Shown here: positions 40,180 through 52,533 of the stretch, in pieces
Numbering within the stretch: position 1 is the first letter of the stretch
How the letters are laid out: every line of letters begins with the position of its first letter
NCBI RefSeq assembly: GCF_009914755.1
Contig: NC_060942.1
Reading direction: 5' to 3' (one strand)
Source of the DNA: the human T2T-CHM13v2.0 reference genome, Homo sapiens
Length of the DNA stretch: 64,000 nt
Made by a program: the position numbers and the translations under genes
The notes under the pieces: model-generated
The model's input: only the letters and a program-made list of their open reading frames with translations
Database searches by the model: none
What the model was told of the DNA's origin: nothing

Positions 40180-40785
40180 TCAAGATTTGGTTTCAAACAC
40201 CAGAAACTATCCTAACCAGCATAATCAGATGGAGATTTAATGCTGGGAATTAGGACCTTATGAGAATTTATAAGGCAGTGCTAGAGGAGTCATTCTGAGT
40301 TGTGAAGTGAACATACCCAGAATAATACCTACTGCAGTTCTGGACTGACACAGGAGTTGCTGTCTCTGGTACAATTTGAAATCAGAAGAATGGCAAAGCC
40401 ACTGTCTCAACTGCTAATTCCATACCACTTCCACCAGGATCTAGAGATCTAAAACTGCTACCACAACTGTTGGCTTCCAGAACACACTCCTGAAGATGGA
40501 TGCCTGAACTCAGCCTCTCTATAACCACCTTGTTATCACTGTTGCAAAACAATAAATGCCTCCATCACACTGCTTCAGAAGCAACAGAAGTGTGGATTCC
40601 ACCTCATGTCTGCATTCGCAATACCATGGACAGACATCTGCTTGATAGAAGTTAGGTCACACACAAACCTGCATTGTAAGGAAGTCTGAGAAATGTAGGC
40701 TTTTAACTTGCCAGCTATAGCAGCAATATAACATTCGGAAAGAGATACAGAATGGAGATAAAAGAGCTAATCTGCAACATCTGTC
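40180..40785 (-). mobile_element. Old MLT1-class MaLR LTR inserted in a MIR (MIR halves ~40070-40175 and ~40790-40880)
   Basis: cagaaactatcctaac...ttaggtcacacac...tgtaaggaagtctgagaaatgtaggctttt. Confidence 0.55.
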
Positions 40786-41412
40786 TCTCTATCTCATATC
40801 AGCAGAGTGACAATTAAATGGGAAATAATGTATGTATAGTATTTAGGGATCTATTTGGTATATGGTAGCCACTCAGTAAGACACTCATTGACTTCTCATA
40901 TAAACATGGCTAAATAAGAATTACCTTTCCATTTCTCCTCCTAAAAATTAAGAAAGAAAATGAAAACTAAAACCAAAACTCCACTTTCATTAAAACTAGC
41001 AGAAATACATAATCAACTGACTCATAAACATACATAAAGTCCTTCCAAATTAGCAAGAATAAAACAGAAGCCACACAGGAGGTCACACAGAAAGGAAGCA
41101 GTAAGGATTCTGAAAGAGCCCAATGGGGCAGACCATATAAAGCACTGGAAAAAAAATAAACTTCCTAAAAGGGAAAACTCACACTGAAGCACAAAAGCTA
41201 TATAGCAGGTTGTAAAAATGGGCGCAGAAATGGAAATAAGAAAGCTGACAAAATAAACTTTCCTGAATGAATTGTATTTTATTTGGAGACACAGAGAGGA
41301 AGAGAGCGCCCTAACCATTCTCTTGCGGGAGACATGGCTGTGGAAAGCTGTCTCTCTGTGGCAGCAGAGCAGGAGAGAGCCTTGGGGTTGAGAAGCATGG
41401 AAGGCTGCTAGG

Positions 41413-41416
<4 letters not shown>

Positions 41417-41456
<40 letters not shown>

Positions 41457-41626
41457 CCTCTCTCTTACACATGCCACACACATTCACACACACTGACTCA
41501 TACTTACACACACACAACTCACACACTCATCTACACTCACATATATTCACTTACACTCACACACACGCCAGACACACCACACACACACTCACAACTCAAA
41601 CACACACACACACATACACACACACA
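41417..41626. repeat. (CA)19 microsatellite plus degenerate CA-rich tract
   Basis: Pure AC run at 41417-41454, then interrupted CA repeats. Confidence 0.95.
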
Positions 41627-41857
41627 GAAACATTATACAAAGAAATAATCCAGGAAAATTTAACTTATTCAGTGAGTAATATAAAAGAAATTCTCACAGA
41701 ATCAATATGAAAATATGATTTAAAAAATACAGAGGGAAACAGCAAATTTTACAATTAGATGAAGAATACTGACCACAAAATGTAGCAAAAGGAACAGACT
41801 CAAATAACTAAGTACTTTGTCAAGAATTCAGGAAAAGAATTAAATGATGTAATCACT

Positions 41858-42192
41858 TGTTGTAGGCTGAACTGTGTTCCTGCACCACTAAAATTCATAT
41901 GTTGAAATTCTAATCACCAGTACCTCAGAATGTGACTGTATTTGGATATTGAGTCCTTAAAGAGCTAAAGTTAAATTAGGTCATGGGGTGAGCCCAAAGC
42001 CAATATAACTGGTGTCCATATAAGAAGAAATTAGGACACAGACATGTGCAGAGGAGACATTATGTGTAGACACAAGGAGATGAAAGCGACCCTGCCAGCA
42101 CCTTGATCTTGCACTTCTAGCCTCCAGAACTGTGTTGTTTAAATCACCCAGTCTGGGGTGCTTTGTAATGGCAGCCGTAGCAAACTAACACA
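41858..42192 (+). mobile_element. MLT1A/A0-like MaLR solo LTR
   Basis: TG...CA ends; aaattcatatgttgaa, cctcagaatgtgactgtatttgga, cttctagcctccagaactgtg; 5-bp TSD tcact / tcacc. Confidence 0.88.
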
Positions 42193-43332
42193 TCACCTCT
42201 CTAAAGAAAGATTACAAAACAGAAATGCAAAATCTCAGGAAAAAGGTGATGAGAAAACAGAAGAAATTGAAATACTAGCTGACCAAACTCAAGAAATGAG
42301 TAAAAGGTAGAGGAAAAGGTATCTATGAGGAACAAAATGAACAAATAGACCCTATGGAAAGCATTATTTGGGACACAAAAGATAAAAATAATAAAAATGA
42401 ACAGAATGCAGAGGAAGTAAAAGAAAAGTTTAAAAGAATTAGAGGAAAATGATTATAGAAAGCAGTCAAAGCAAATCCAAAATATGCATAATTGGAGATT
42501 CGAAAGAAAACCAAAACAATTCAACAGAATAAATATTTAAACATATAATTCAAGAAAAACTTCCTGGTTCTCCATATTAAAACTTCCTGGTTCTCCACAT
42601 GGCCAACCATGTGTCTGTCAGTATGATGACAACAAAATACATCCTGGTAAAGTTACTGGAGTACAAAAATAAAAATAGAATCTTTGGGCAGCCAAACAAA
42701 AAGATTAAGTTGCTTTCAAAAAGGAAAAGCACAAAGCATTCTCAAATTTCTCTCCAGAAACATGCAGTGCCAGAAGTGGAGCAATACCAAAAGATAATCA
42801 AGAAAAGACAGTGTGAGTCAAGGATTAGGTGTGCATCTATTCATAGGAGATTCAGATGCAAAGTTACAGACAAATGTTTGACCATGCAAATATGCAAGGA
42901 ATATGCACTCATGGGTTCTTCCAGAGCACTCTACTAGATAACCAAGAAATACTAGGGAGGAAAAAGGTAAGAGAACTGGCAACGAGAATTGAATTGACTT
43001 TTTTATAAAACTAAGACTAAAACAAATGTGAGGATCCAGGTAATAAAAGAAAATAAAAAATATTATATTTCCCTACAATGTAGGAATGATACAACTATTT
43101 GGAGAAAAAGGAAGTAAAAAGGTTTGATATACAGGAAGTTTATTACCTCATCTATATGGTTTATAGTCAAAGGGTTTCATTCAATACTATTATTAAAATG
43201 ATTAAATATAAGCATAGTTTAGCAATACAAATGTAAACATTAAGAAAATACAAATAATTAAAATTGAATTGTAACAAAAAGAGAGAAGAAGGGGAAAAAC
43301 GTGCTCATGGTACATGGTAGAAATCAATACAT

Positions 43333-43682
<350 letters not shown>

Positions 43683-44109
43683 TGACTAAAGAAAGGTAAG
43701 AATATGGGTATCACTATATAAATATTTAATTAGAAAGATAGTTACTGGAACACAAATATAAACATCTCTATTATTTTAAAAGCCATTTAAAAAGAAAACA
43801 AAAAAAAAAAAAAACAAAAAAACAAGACACACACCCAAACACAACTAATAGACCCACAGGAAATGTAGTTAAGATTTTAATAATATTATAAAAACAGAAA
43901 ACATTACATAAAATGACAGGAATAAGACCAAATACAACTTATGTGTCAAATGAGTAAATGTAAATAAGTTTAATTCACTTACTAAAAAGATATCTTTTAA
44001 CACTAGATCAAAATGGAAAACTCAATTCTTGATTTTTATAAAACATAAATTAAGACAAAGTGAGACAAAAAGATGAAAAATAAAACAATAGGCAAAACTA
44101 TACTTGGCA

Positions 44110-44410
44110 GAGATTGGAACCTCCAGCTGTTGTGGGGTAAAGAGATTGGAAAATATTTACCAAAAACAAAAAGTGTGAAACTGGTCAAAACTGTCAAATC
44201 AACTATTCTAGGGCTCTGGAAAGAGAAAAGGCAGACAACACATAGGAAAGTCCTTACTCTAGAAAAATTACTAAAGTTTCTGGTAAGAACAGAGAGCGTC
44301 TATGGCTTTGTTGCCTGGGGTTGCTTGCATTCCCACCCTACTACTCAGCAGACAAGAATGGTAGTCTTATCAGAGTGTGATTTGCTGGAAAATCAGCCAC
44401 TCTGATCCAA
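44110..44410 (+). mobile_element. Old L1M 5'UTR fragment
   Basis: aactggtcaaaactgtcaaatcaactattctagggctctggaa...tggtaagaacagagag. Confidence 0.45.
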
Positions 44411-44417
44411 AAAGGGG

Positions 44418-44806
44418 TGTATTAGTCCGTTCTCACAGTGCCATAAAGAATACCTAAGACTGGGTAATTTCTAAAGAAAAGGGGTTTAATTGGCTCACAG
44501 TTCTGCAGGCTGTCCAGGAAGCATGGCTGGGGAGGCCTCAGGAACTTACAATCATGGCAGAAGGCAAAGGGGAAGCACGTGCATCTTACATGGCCAGAGG
44601 AGAAGGAAGAGAGAAGGGGTTGGGGGAGTGGGGTAGATGCTAGGCACTTTTAAACAACCAGATCTCGTGAGAACTCGTTCGCTATCACCAGCAAGGGGGA
44701 AATTAGCTCCCATGATCCAATCACCTCCCACCAGGCCCCTTCCTCAAAATTGGAGATTACAACTGGATATGAGGTTTGGGCAGGGACACAAATCCAAACC
44801 ACATCG
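44418..44806 (-). mobile_element. THE1D MaLR solo LTR
   Basis: tgtattagtccgttctcac...aggaagcatggctggggaggcctcagg...gggacacaaatccaaaccacatc; gggg on both flanks. Confidence 0.9.
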
Positions 44807-45150
44807 GGGGCAATTTTTATTTGGAAAAAATAGCATTTAAACAGATGAGGTCCCTCAGTGGGATGACTGAAGCAATGGTAACAATTCCTGGCATTCAATG
44901 GTGTGAGGATTTCTAAGGCTTTCATTTGTGGTTAACTGGAATGGGGTGCAGGTAGAAGGTGAGACACTGGACTACCAGGTGGCTATTGCCCTTAATAGGT
45001 ACAGAGCAATGATGATGACGGGAATTGTGGAGAATGTCATCTCACTTTAAAGAAATTGAAATCTTTGAAAAAAAATAGACTCTGCAGTACAAATAGTATG
45101 GATAATAAAATTAGAGAATAATAAAATCAGAAATGAAAAAGGCCCTTCCA

Positions 45151-45155
45151 ACACA

Positions 45156-45200
<45 letters not shown>
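45151..45200. repeat. (CA)n microsatellite
   Basis: About 25 AC units with one interruption. Confidence 0.95.
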
Positions 45201-45201
<1 letters not shown>

Positions 45202-46919
45202 GGGGTTAGCTGATTCTTACACTAGGCAGTACTTTAGCCCAACAATGGAAGACGAATCAAATGGCATCTCGGATTCCCATGAGCTGCTACAACAGTAAGA
45301 AAAGATCACCTGGAGTACTCAATACAAATACAGGCTGTCCTGGCCTTCCAGGATCATGGAGGACTGACGAATTATTAAGCTTGGTGGAGGACAGTAATGG
45401 ACACACACACTGGAAACTCAACTGGGATTAGAAGACTGATAGTTAATGTGTAACAATGTATATGACAACGAGTAAAACAATAAAAACTGTCAGAGCAATA
45501 AGTGACTAGAAAGATGGAACATGCTTGTCAGATGAAAATTATCTTCACTAGTAATACATTTCCTGCCTTAGATTAGCCTCTAAACATCTCACAGGCTTTC
45601 ACTAGTCAAACCTAGAGAAACCTTGCTCAATTCGGAGGAGCAGGTTGGAGGTTAGCATCGGGGTGAGGGCAGGGGAAAGAAAGAGATGACCAAGATGGTG
45701 TCTCCCTGCTCCATGTAGTGTCTTGAAGCAGCCCCTCCTCATCTGGGAGCTCACACTTAGTCGGCCACAGCCACTAAGAGCTTTGTTGTATCTCCTGCCT
45801 ATGCTGCTTCTCTTTCTTTCTTGAGCCTGCCTGCCTTCTGAGGGCATCACCCGTCGACAGTTATGTTCCTGCCTCCTTCCTGCAGCTTCATGCATGATCC
45901 TTTTCTCCTAGTGATGTCTTCAGCTCTCTCTTCATTTTTGCTTCCCTTCTTCTTTATTTCAAAGCACTCACAGCCCTGGCTAAACAGAATCCTCCGCAGG
46001 CAGTTTCCCATCCAGACTGGTCTCTATTTGAGGATGAATCCAGATACGAACACGGCAGTTGAATTACGAGCAGAAAAGTAAAGAAGAAAAAGACGTTGGC
46101 TTAGAGTACCAGAAAACCGGTCCAGATATTGTGCAAGGATGGTATTCGTACAGATTTAAGAGCTAGATTTATATGAACCCAAAAGTTATTTCCTAAATAG
46201 TTTTACAGATTATAACAAGTGCTCTAAAAAAATGAAGTAGCTGCCTTTTCATAGCAGAGCTATAACTTCCCAATATGCCTCTGGCTTCGGTTATTTATGT
46301 ATTTAACCTGGGTACTCAATAAATATTTGCTGAATGGTGAATGAATGGGTGAATGCTTGTAGTTTTTGATTAGACAGATTATAGTAGTTGGTCCTTTCAT
46401 GGCAGTTGATAAAGATAACAATGTCATTTTGAATTATTTTAAGACTACATCACTGGAATTATATGAGTAGGGAAGGCCTCAAACCGGTTGTGCCAAAAGA
46501 TTCCATTGAAGAACTGGATTCATTGGAGTTAACTACTTCATTGCAGACTTCCCACCAACACAACAGCTCTGAGCTGTGACTGAAGCTTACAAAATCAGAA
46601 AGTTGGAGTGGGGATGGTTCCTAGCCCCACCTTACCCTCTCACTATAGTTCATAAGTAAAATTTCCTCCTGGCTCCTCAAATAAACATCAGCTAGCTCAT
46701 TCCTAAGCCTGCTGGGCTTGCCATTCTTTTCCTTTTCTTCAGTTTTCTCTTCTCTAATCCCCTAGTTTACTTATTTTAATGTGAACGTCTGACTGTTCTA
46801 TACCTTCTCTCTCCTTAGGATCTTTCTTCTGCTCCAAGTCAGTCATATCTCTCCATCTTCTGTTCATTCTGAAAGGGTCTTTTCATTATATATTAATTGC
46901 ATTATTAGCCCATGGCTGT

Positions 46920-47142
46920 TGGTTTTGCACTTAAGACTTTAGCTGCTAGATTTTATCCAGTTTGAATCCCAGCTCTGGCTTACTAGCTATGTAACTTGAG
47001 AAAGTTACTTAATTCTCTCTCTATCCATTTCCTTAGCCAGAAAATGGAGATAATAATAGCAACTTCTTTAAAATGTTTTTGTGATATGTACATGAGTTAG
47101 TACATGAAAAATGCCCAGAACAGAGCTTGGCACTTAGTAAGT
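46920..47142 (+). mobile_element. MIR SINE
   Basis: tttgaatcccagctctggcttactagctatgtaacttgagaaagttacttaa...aaaatggagataataatag...cttggcacttagtaagt. Confidence 0.85.
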
Positions 47143-48313
47143 CTGGAGGACTGATTCCGTTTAGCAAATATTTAGTAAGTACATACTACAAGAGGGCACT
47201 GTGTGTTAGGAAATGGAGACATAAGAAGGAACAGAACACAATGTCTGCTCTCCAAAAGCTTGTAGTCTAATGGTTCCACAGCAGATCATTTGCTTTTTAT
47301 TAAAATAACATTTAAGCACTTGGCACCAAGCACTATGGCAAACCCTGTAGCTATTCTGTCGACACTCTGGCCATGAAAAAGATAAGCTGAGATATTTTGC
47401 ACAGAACATCTTCAAAGTGAATGGGAAAACTGCATTTATTATTTGGGGCTTTCAATGAGCTACATATTTCATTTAGACCGAAATGCTTTTCACCCAAGTT
47501 ACTTGAAGAATTTGTCTGTCTTCATTTCCTGAGGCATGAATGAACCAAGCTCAGGGATTCAAATGCTAATTCTTTACATGGCTTCCAATCTCTCATTGCA
47601 CCTAAACTTGCAAGAAGCAGTGTGACAGCTATGTCAACCCAAAATCTGTGCAGGTATGGAAAACATAAAGATAAAATTTCACATAACCAAGCTTCAGTGG
47701 GAGAAGTCCCTAGATTCAGACACAGATCTCTGATTAACATCATTATAGAAAGCAAGTTGCTAAATTAAATTGGAGAGGATGGCATGATTGAGACCTCTGA
47801 ATCCAGCACTTCCCTCCCTGAAATTATAAAATTGCAACTTTAAAAATGAAAGTGACTGAAATCCACTTATCTTCAGGGATTGGCTTACAGATTATTCCAT
47901 AATAGGCACACAAAATGATTGCAGTAATTGAAGTTGAGACAAGGTAATATTAAGTAGGCCTCCCACCGGAAATTTCCAAGGAAGCTGTAAGGAATTGGGA
48001 CCTTTTTCCATTTCTTTCAAATATAATAATGTCCAATTTTTCTAAATCAGTTATAAATGTTAGTATCTGAGATGCAGGTTAAAGGGACAACAAAATTTTG
48101 TTCCTCAGTTTTCTTCCCTGCTGTGGAACAAGAACGAACTTGGTGTAAAAGATGTTAAAATAGTTATTTAATAGGAATTTTCTATTTCTATTATTTTCTG
48201 CTCCTTTGCAGTACATCCTGTAGCCTCTTGTAATAGCACAAACCTTCTGCAGGACCCAGTCAGTTGGATGTTGTAACTGTGATGTTACTCGTTCCAACCT
48301 GCTTAAGAATTCC

Positions 48314-48357
48314 AACTGACTGAGTGAGACTCCGTCTGAAAAAAAAAAAAAAAAAAA
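48314..48357 (+). mobile_element. Extremely 5'-truncated Alu (~20 nt plus A19)
   Basis: gagtgagactccgtct followed by poly(A); perfect TSD aagaattcc at 48305-48313 and 48356-48364; TT|AAGA endonuclease-type site. Confidence 0.8.
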
Positions 48358-50562
48358 GAATTCCCTATAGGAATTCAGTCACCAACAGAAATGAGGAGTT
48401 TTCAGCCTAAAGGGAAAGTGTGGTGGCCTTATAAATGGAGTGGAAGGTGCACCTACTCCTTCAAGCTAAACGGATGGTGATCAGGAGAAACACTGAAGGA
48501 GAATGGAGAGTGAACAAAGGAGACTGGCCTCTCATTCTTAAACTGTACACTTGCAGAAATGCAGAACCTGGTTAGCCCACCTCACTGTGTCGTCAGAGCA
48601 GAATACAGCAACAGGGTTCTTGAGCAAACCTGACATGTATCCTCAGTAGAGTGAGGCATATATGAACATAGAGACTCATGAGCCCCTTTTCTGGAAAATT
48701 CTGAAGGGAGACCACAATCCATAATAACACAGAAAGAGAAGGCAGCAGTGAGTCAGTCTGAACTCCCACTATGGGGTATGGCAAGGATGATATGTTTCCC
48801 TTGGGCCAAGTGAGTACTCAGAGGGAAACAGGCCTTGGGCTATCACTGCAGGTACTTCAACCAAGAGGGTGCCAGCAGGAACAATGAGAATTCCCAGTAA
48901 GAGGCTACAGGATGTACTGCAAAGGAGCAGAAAATAAGAGGGTTTGCAGAAGGTTAGTTAACCAAAGAGAGTGATACCAATGTTTTGGAACTGTCCAATG
49001 TGGTGGTCTTTGGAAGGCCTTTCAAATTACTCAACATGGACCCTACAAGGCAGCTTATCACATCCACCTGCAGAATAGACAGACACCAGTTATATAATGT
49101 TTCATTCCCTTGTTCCTCTAATTGTCTACCCCTACAAAAGTCAGGAAAAAAAAAAGAGAAAGAAGGGAAAGAATAAAGTATATAGAATGTACCTTTTCTT
49201 ACTACAAAGAGTAGAGATGATGTCACTTACATGTGATGAATAATTTTTTATTTAGGCTGCATATTTTTAATATTTGAAGGACTCACAATTACAGAAAACA
49301 GACTGTTCTTTATTACAGAAAAGGAATTAGATAGTTACATGATCTGCTTAAGATCTGATCAAGAGGTAGAGAACATCTTAGATAGGGGTTGGAAAAAAGT
49401 CATTTTCTATTAGTTGTCTAAGACATTCAGACTATCCCATAAACAATCATCAATCAATCAACCAGGAAGTTTTACTGAATACAAACTCTATGAGAGACTG
49501 TGTGTTCTGAATAAACAATTTATAATGCCTTTATTCCACCAAGCAAAATTGGGCTAGACAGTACATGAAGCTGTATTGCCTAGTAGAGATAGCCCACTGC
49601 CTCTCTATATCGTTTGGTACCTATGTAACCCTTCTCTATATGAATGGGAATGGAATAAGTGAGGATACTTGCTAGACAGGTATTCCTGTTAACTATGTGG
49701 ACTAGTACAGTAGTGGAACCTAATGTCCCTTCCAAAGATAGGAAAGTTTCGATTAAAATAAATAAATGTAGAGAAAAAATAGTAGCTGGGGGTAAGAAAT
49801 TTAAAAAATGGTTATATATTAAGGCAAACCCTATTGGATATTAAATTGGTAATTTCAGAGATGTTCAAAGCAAGAGAAAGATATTGTCCCTTAGCACAAT
49901 CATACCAGATGCCCAAAACGATGAACCCATGTCTGCCAAGACCACCCCTGCTTTTGGAATCTGACAAGGTCTAATGGAACCCGCAAATGTGTGCAGCCTC
50001 ACTCCAGGAAGTATTGTAGTTATATGATATGATGATGAATGAAACCAATTGCTGATGGCTGAGTGGAACACTAGTAAACTATCTTTTGACTCTTATTTTT
50101 CAGGCTGCAGCTACTATAAAGGACATTGTTTAGGGAGAAGTTTCCAGAAGCTACTCCTCAACAGGCCATGCAGTGTACAACTCCCAATAGACTGATCACT
50201 GTGAAACTGTAAACCTTGATGTCCAAATGCTGAGAAAGGTCTTTGGTGATAATGCAGAAAATGTAGCAGCTGCATTTCTGAGATGCCACAGTATGCTTCT
50301 TAGAAGAATGTTACTGTCCTCATTTTTTTGGTGGAAAGCTATAAAACAGAATTTTTTAAAAATGGGTTTCAGAAAAGAATAAAGCAGTAGGCTTCATATG
50401 CTGAATTCTAGTTTCCCTAGGGAGCAGCCACAACCTAAGACAAGGAAGTCCATGGGAGGCCTTATGGCATACTCAAACTATCAACTAACCCTAGCATGAG
50501 CGACCCAACATTTTGAGATACAAAACATGTATCCTTACTGCACTCAGCCTACTAGTACACAA

Positions 50563-50645
50563 TGCTGTACTAATGTGTGGTATACTAACGGTATACTAAT
50601 ACATGGTGTACTAATTAATATATTGGTGTACTAATACGTGGTGGA
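50563..50645. repeat. Degenerate minisatellite, unit TGGTRTACTAAY
   Basis: Five copies: tgctgtactaat, tggtatactaac, ggtatactaat, tggtgtactaat, tggtgtactaat. Confidence 0.85.
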
Positions 50646-51934
50646 TTAAACAACTTTTGGCCCACAAAACAGAAAGCGTTTGGGGGAGACAGGAAGCAGC
50701 CTAGACATCATGCGACAAATTAAATTCACTTTTAAATAAGAAGCAGTATTCGGAGGAAAAAGATGTACTAACTAGAATAAACAGATTTGAGGAAATTCTT
50801 TTCCAGGAAGGACACAAGGGATAGAGGTCATCTTGTCCAGATGATGAGGCTTTAGTGAAATGAGTGAGGAAGACTCAACAAATAATGATAGATAATGCCA
50901 GGATCCAGCACTGGGAAAGGGCTTGTAACCTGTGCCCCTTGACTATTTTAGTACAGATCGAGGCTGAAGCAGCCATGAGACCTTGGCCCTCTGTCCAAGC
51001 TGCTGGGGCTCTAGGGGAACCCGTATAGGATCCTACAGATCTCTAAACTTAGGGAAGTTATTGGGAACTATTGTGATTTGCACTGATGCATAACGACTGC
51101 GCTCACCTGAAGAATAGATCAGCTAAGAATTATATATGTGCTACACACAGTTAGCATGGATAGGGGCTTTTCTCAGTAATACCCATGCCCTCCCCATAGG
51201 AAGGAGGTGAGTCCTGTTATATAAGAGCACACAAAGAAACCCGTCTCAGTACAAGACTGTGAACAAAGGCAGGGTAACTGGGTTTGTCCCTGCCTGGCTT
51301 GAAACCTACAAATAACCAAATCATGACCAACTGTAATGATGTCAGCCCACAATAGTATCTGGCATATGGGCAGAGGCCAATTCAGTTGGGAAGGCATCAC
51401 AGATACCTCTGTACTTCTTACTGATTTTTCATGTAATAAAACTGAATTGTACCATTACTATATTGCAATATGGTAAAAGACTGGCTTTGTTAGTAAGATT
51501 AAACTACCTTATATAAATAATTCATATAATATTCATACTAATGATCAAACATATTAGAAGAGGGAGTTCAAACCTCCCCAGGATGTACTCATGAAAAATG
51601 ACAGGTCTGAGGAAGAAATGGATTTAGCTAAACATCAGCTTATTGCTATGCCAAATAGTTCTGCACAAGTTAATCACAAGATATGAGTAAAGGTAGATCA
51701 AGGGGTAAGTCAGCAATTAAATTAGTACAAAAATACGCATGTATTAATGCCCTTATAAGGTGGATCCACTGTTTCTTCAAGTCTATCCCTACCCTACACT
51801 GGCTCCTCCAAATGTTCAGTATCTTCATGCTGATTCTATTGTTTCAGCTATTATATAAATGCTATATAAGTAAGAGGCTCGGAAAGTTGTATCATTTTAG
51901 TAACAAAGCTAGGCAAGGAACCAGGGGTGTGGCC

Positions 51935-52533
51935 TGTGTGGGAAGGAGGTAACGGAACAGGCGTGGGTTGCTCAAACCCTGCACATTCCCAGTAAATGCC
52001 TGCTTTGGGATTGGCTTTTGGCTGGCTCCTGGTAGGTGAGCTCTGAGCCTTTGGAATATTCCGCGTGATAAGAAGGCTTTTGTATGCCTGAGGCCTTGGG
52101 CCATCCAGTACCAGTTTGAGCAGATGGTTTATACTAACAATGCGATTTATGGTGAATACCTGTTTTTGCTCTAGGGGGCTGGAGTCTGAATAGTTGAAAT
52201 CATATGTGCCTATGTAACTGAGGTCAATTAAAAAGCCTAGACGCCAAGGCTCATGTGAGCTTCCCTGGTTGGCTACACTTTGCACATGTTGTCACACAGC
52301 AATGCTGGGAAAGTTAAGTACATCCATGTGACTCCCCTGCGAGAGAAACCCTGGAAGTTTGCACCTGGTTTCTCCTGGATTTTACTCCATAGACCTTGTG
52401 CCTTTGCTTAGTTTAATCTGGATCCCTTCACTGTAATAAACTGTCACCATGAATATGACCATGTTTCTGAATCCTATAAGACCTTCTAGTGAATCATCAA
52501 GACTGAGGATGGTTTTGAGGGTCCCCTAACCCA
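51935..52533 (+). mobile_element. MER77-like (MER21 group, ERVL) solo LTR
   Basis: ggttgctcaaaccctgcacattccc...gagctctgagcctttggaatatt...ttctagtgaatcatcaa; aataaa at 52435. Confidence 0.8.

Noticed and set aside
41022-41710. ORFs rich in CV or HT repeats
   Set aside because: Translations of the (CA)n microsatellite.
44810-46075. Possible ERVL internal and LTR remnants (also 31731-32100)
   Set aside because: Resemblance too weak to name a family or set boundaries without a profile search.
50563-50645. Repeat-spacer pattern resembling a CRISPR array (also considered 54991-55072)
   Set aside because: Units are only ~12 bp with 0-8 bp spacers, or have identical spacers; human DNA with no cas genes.
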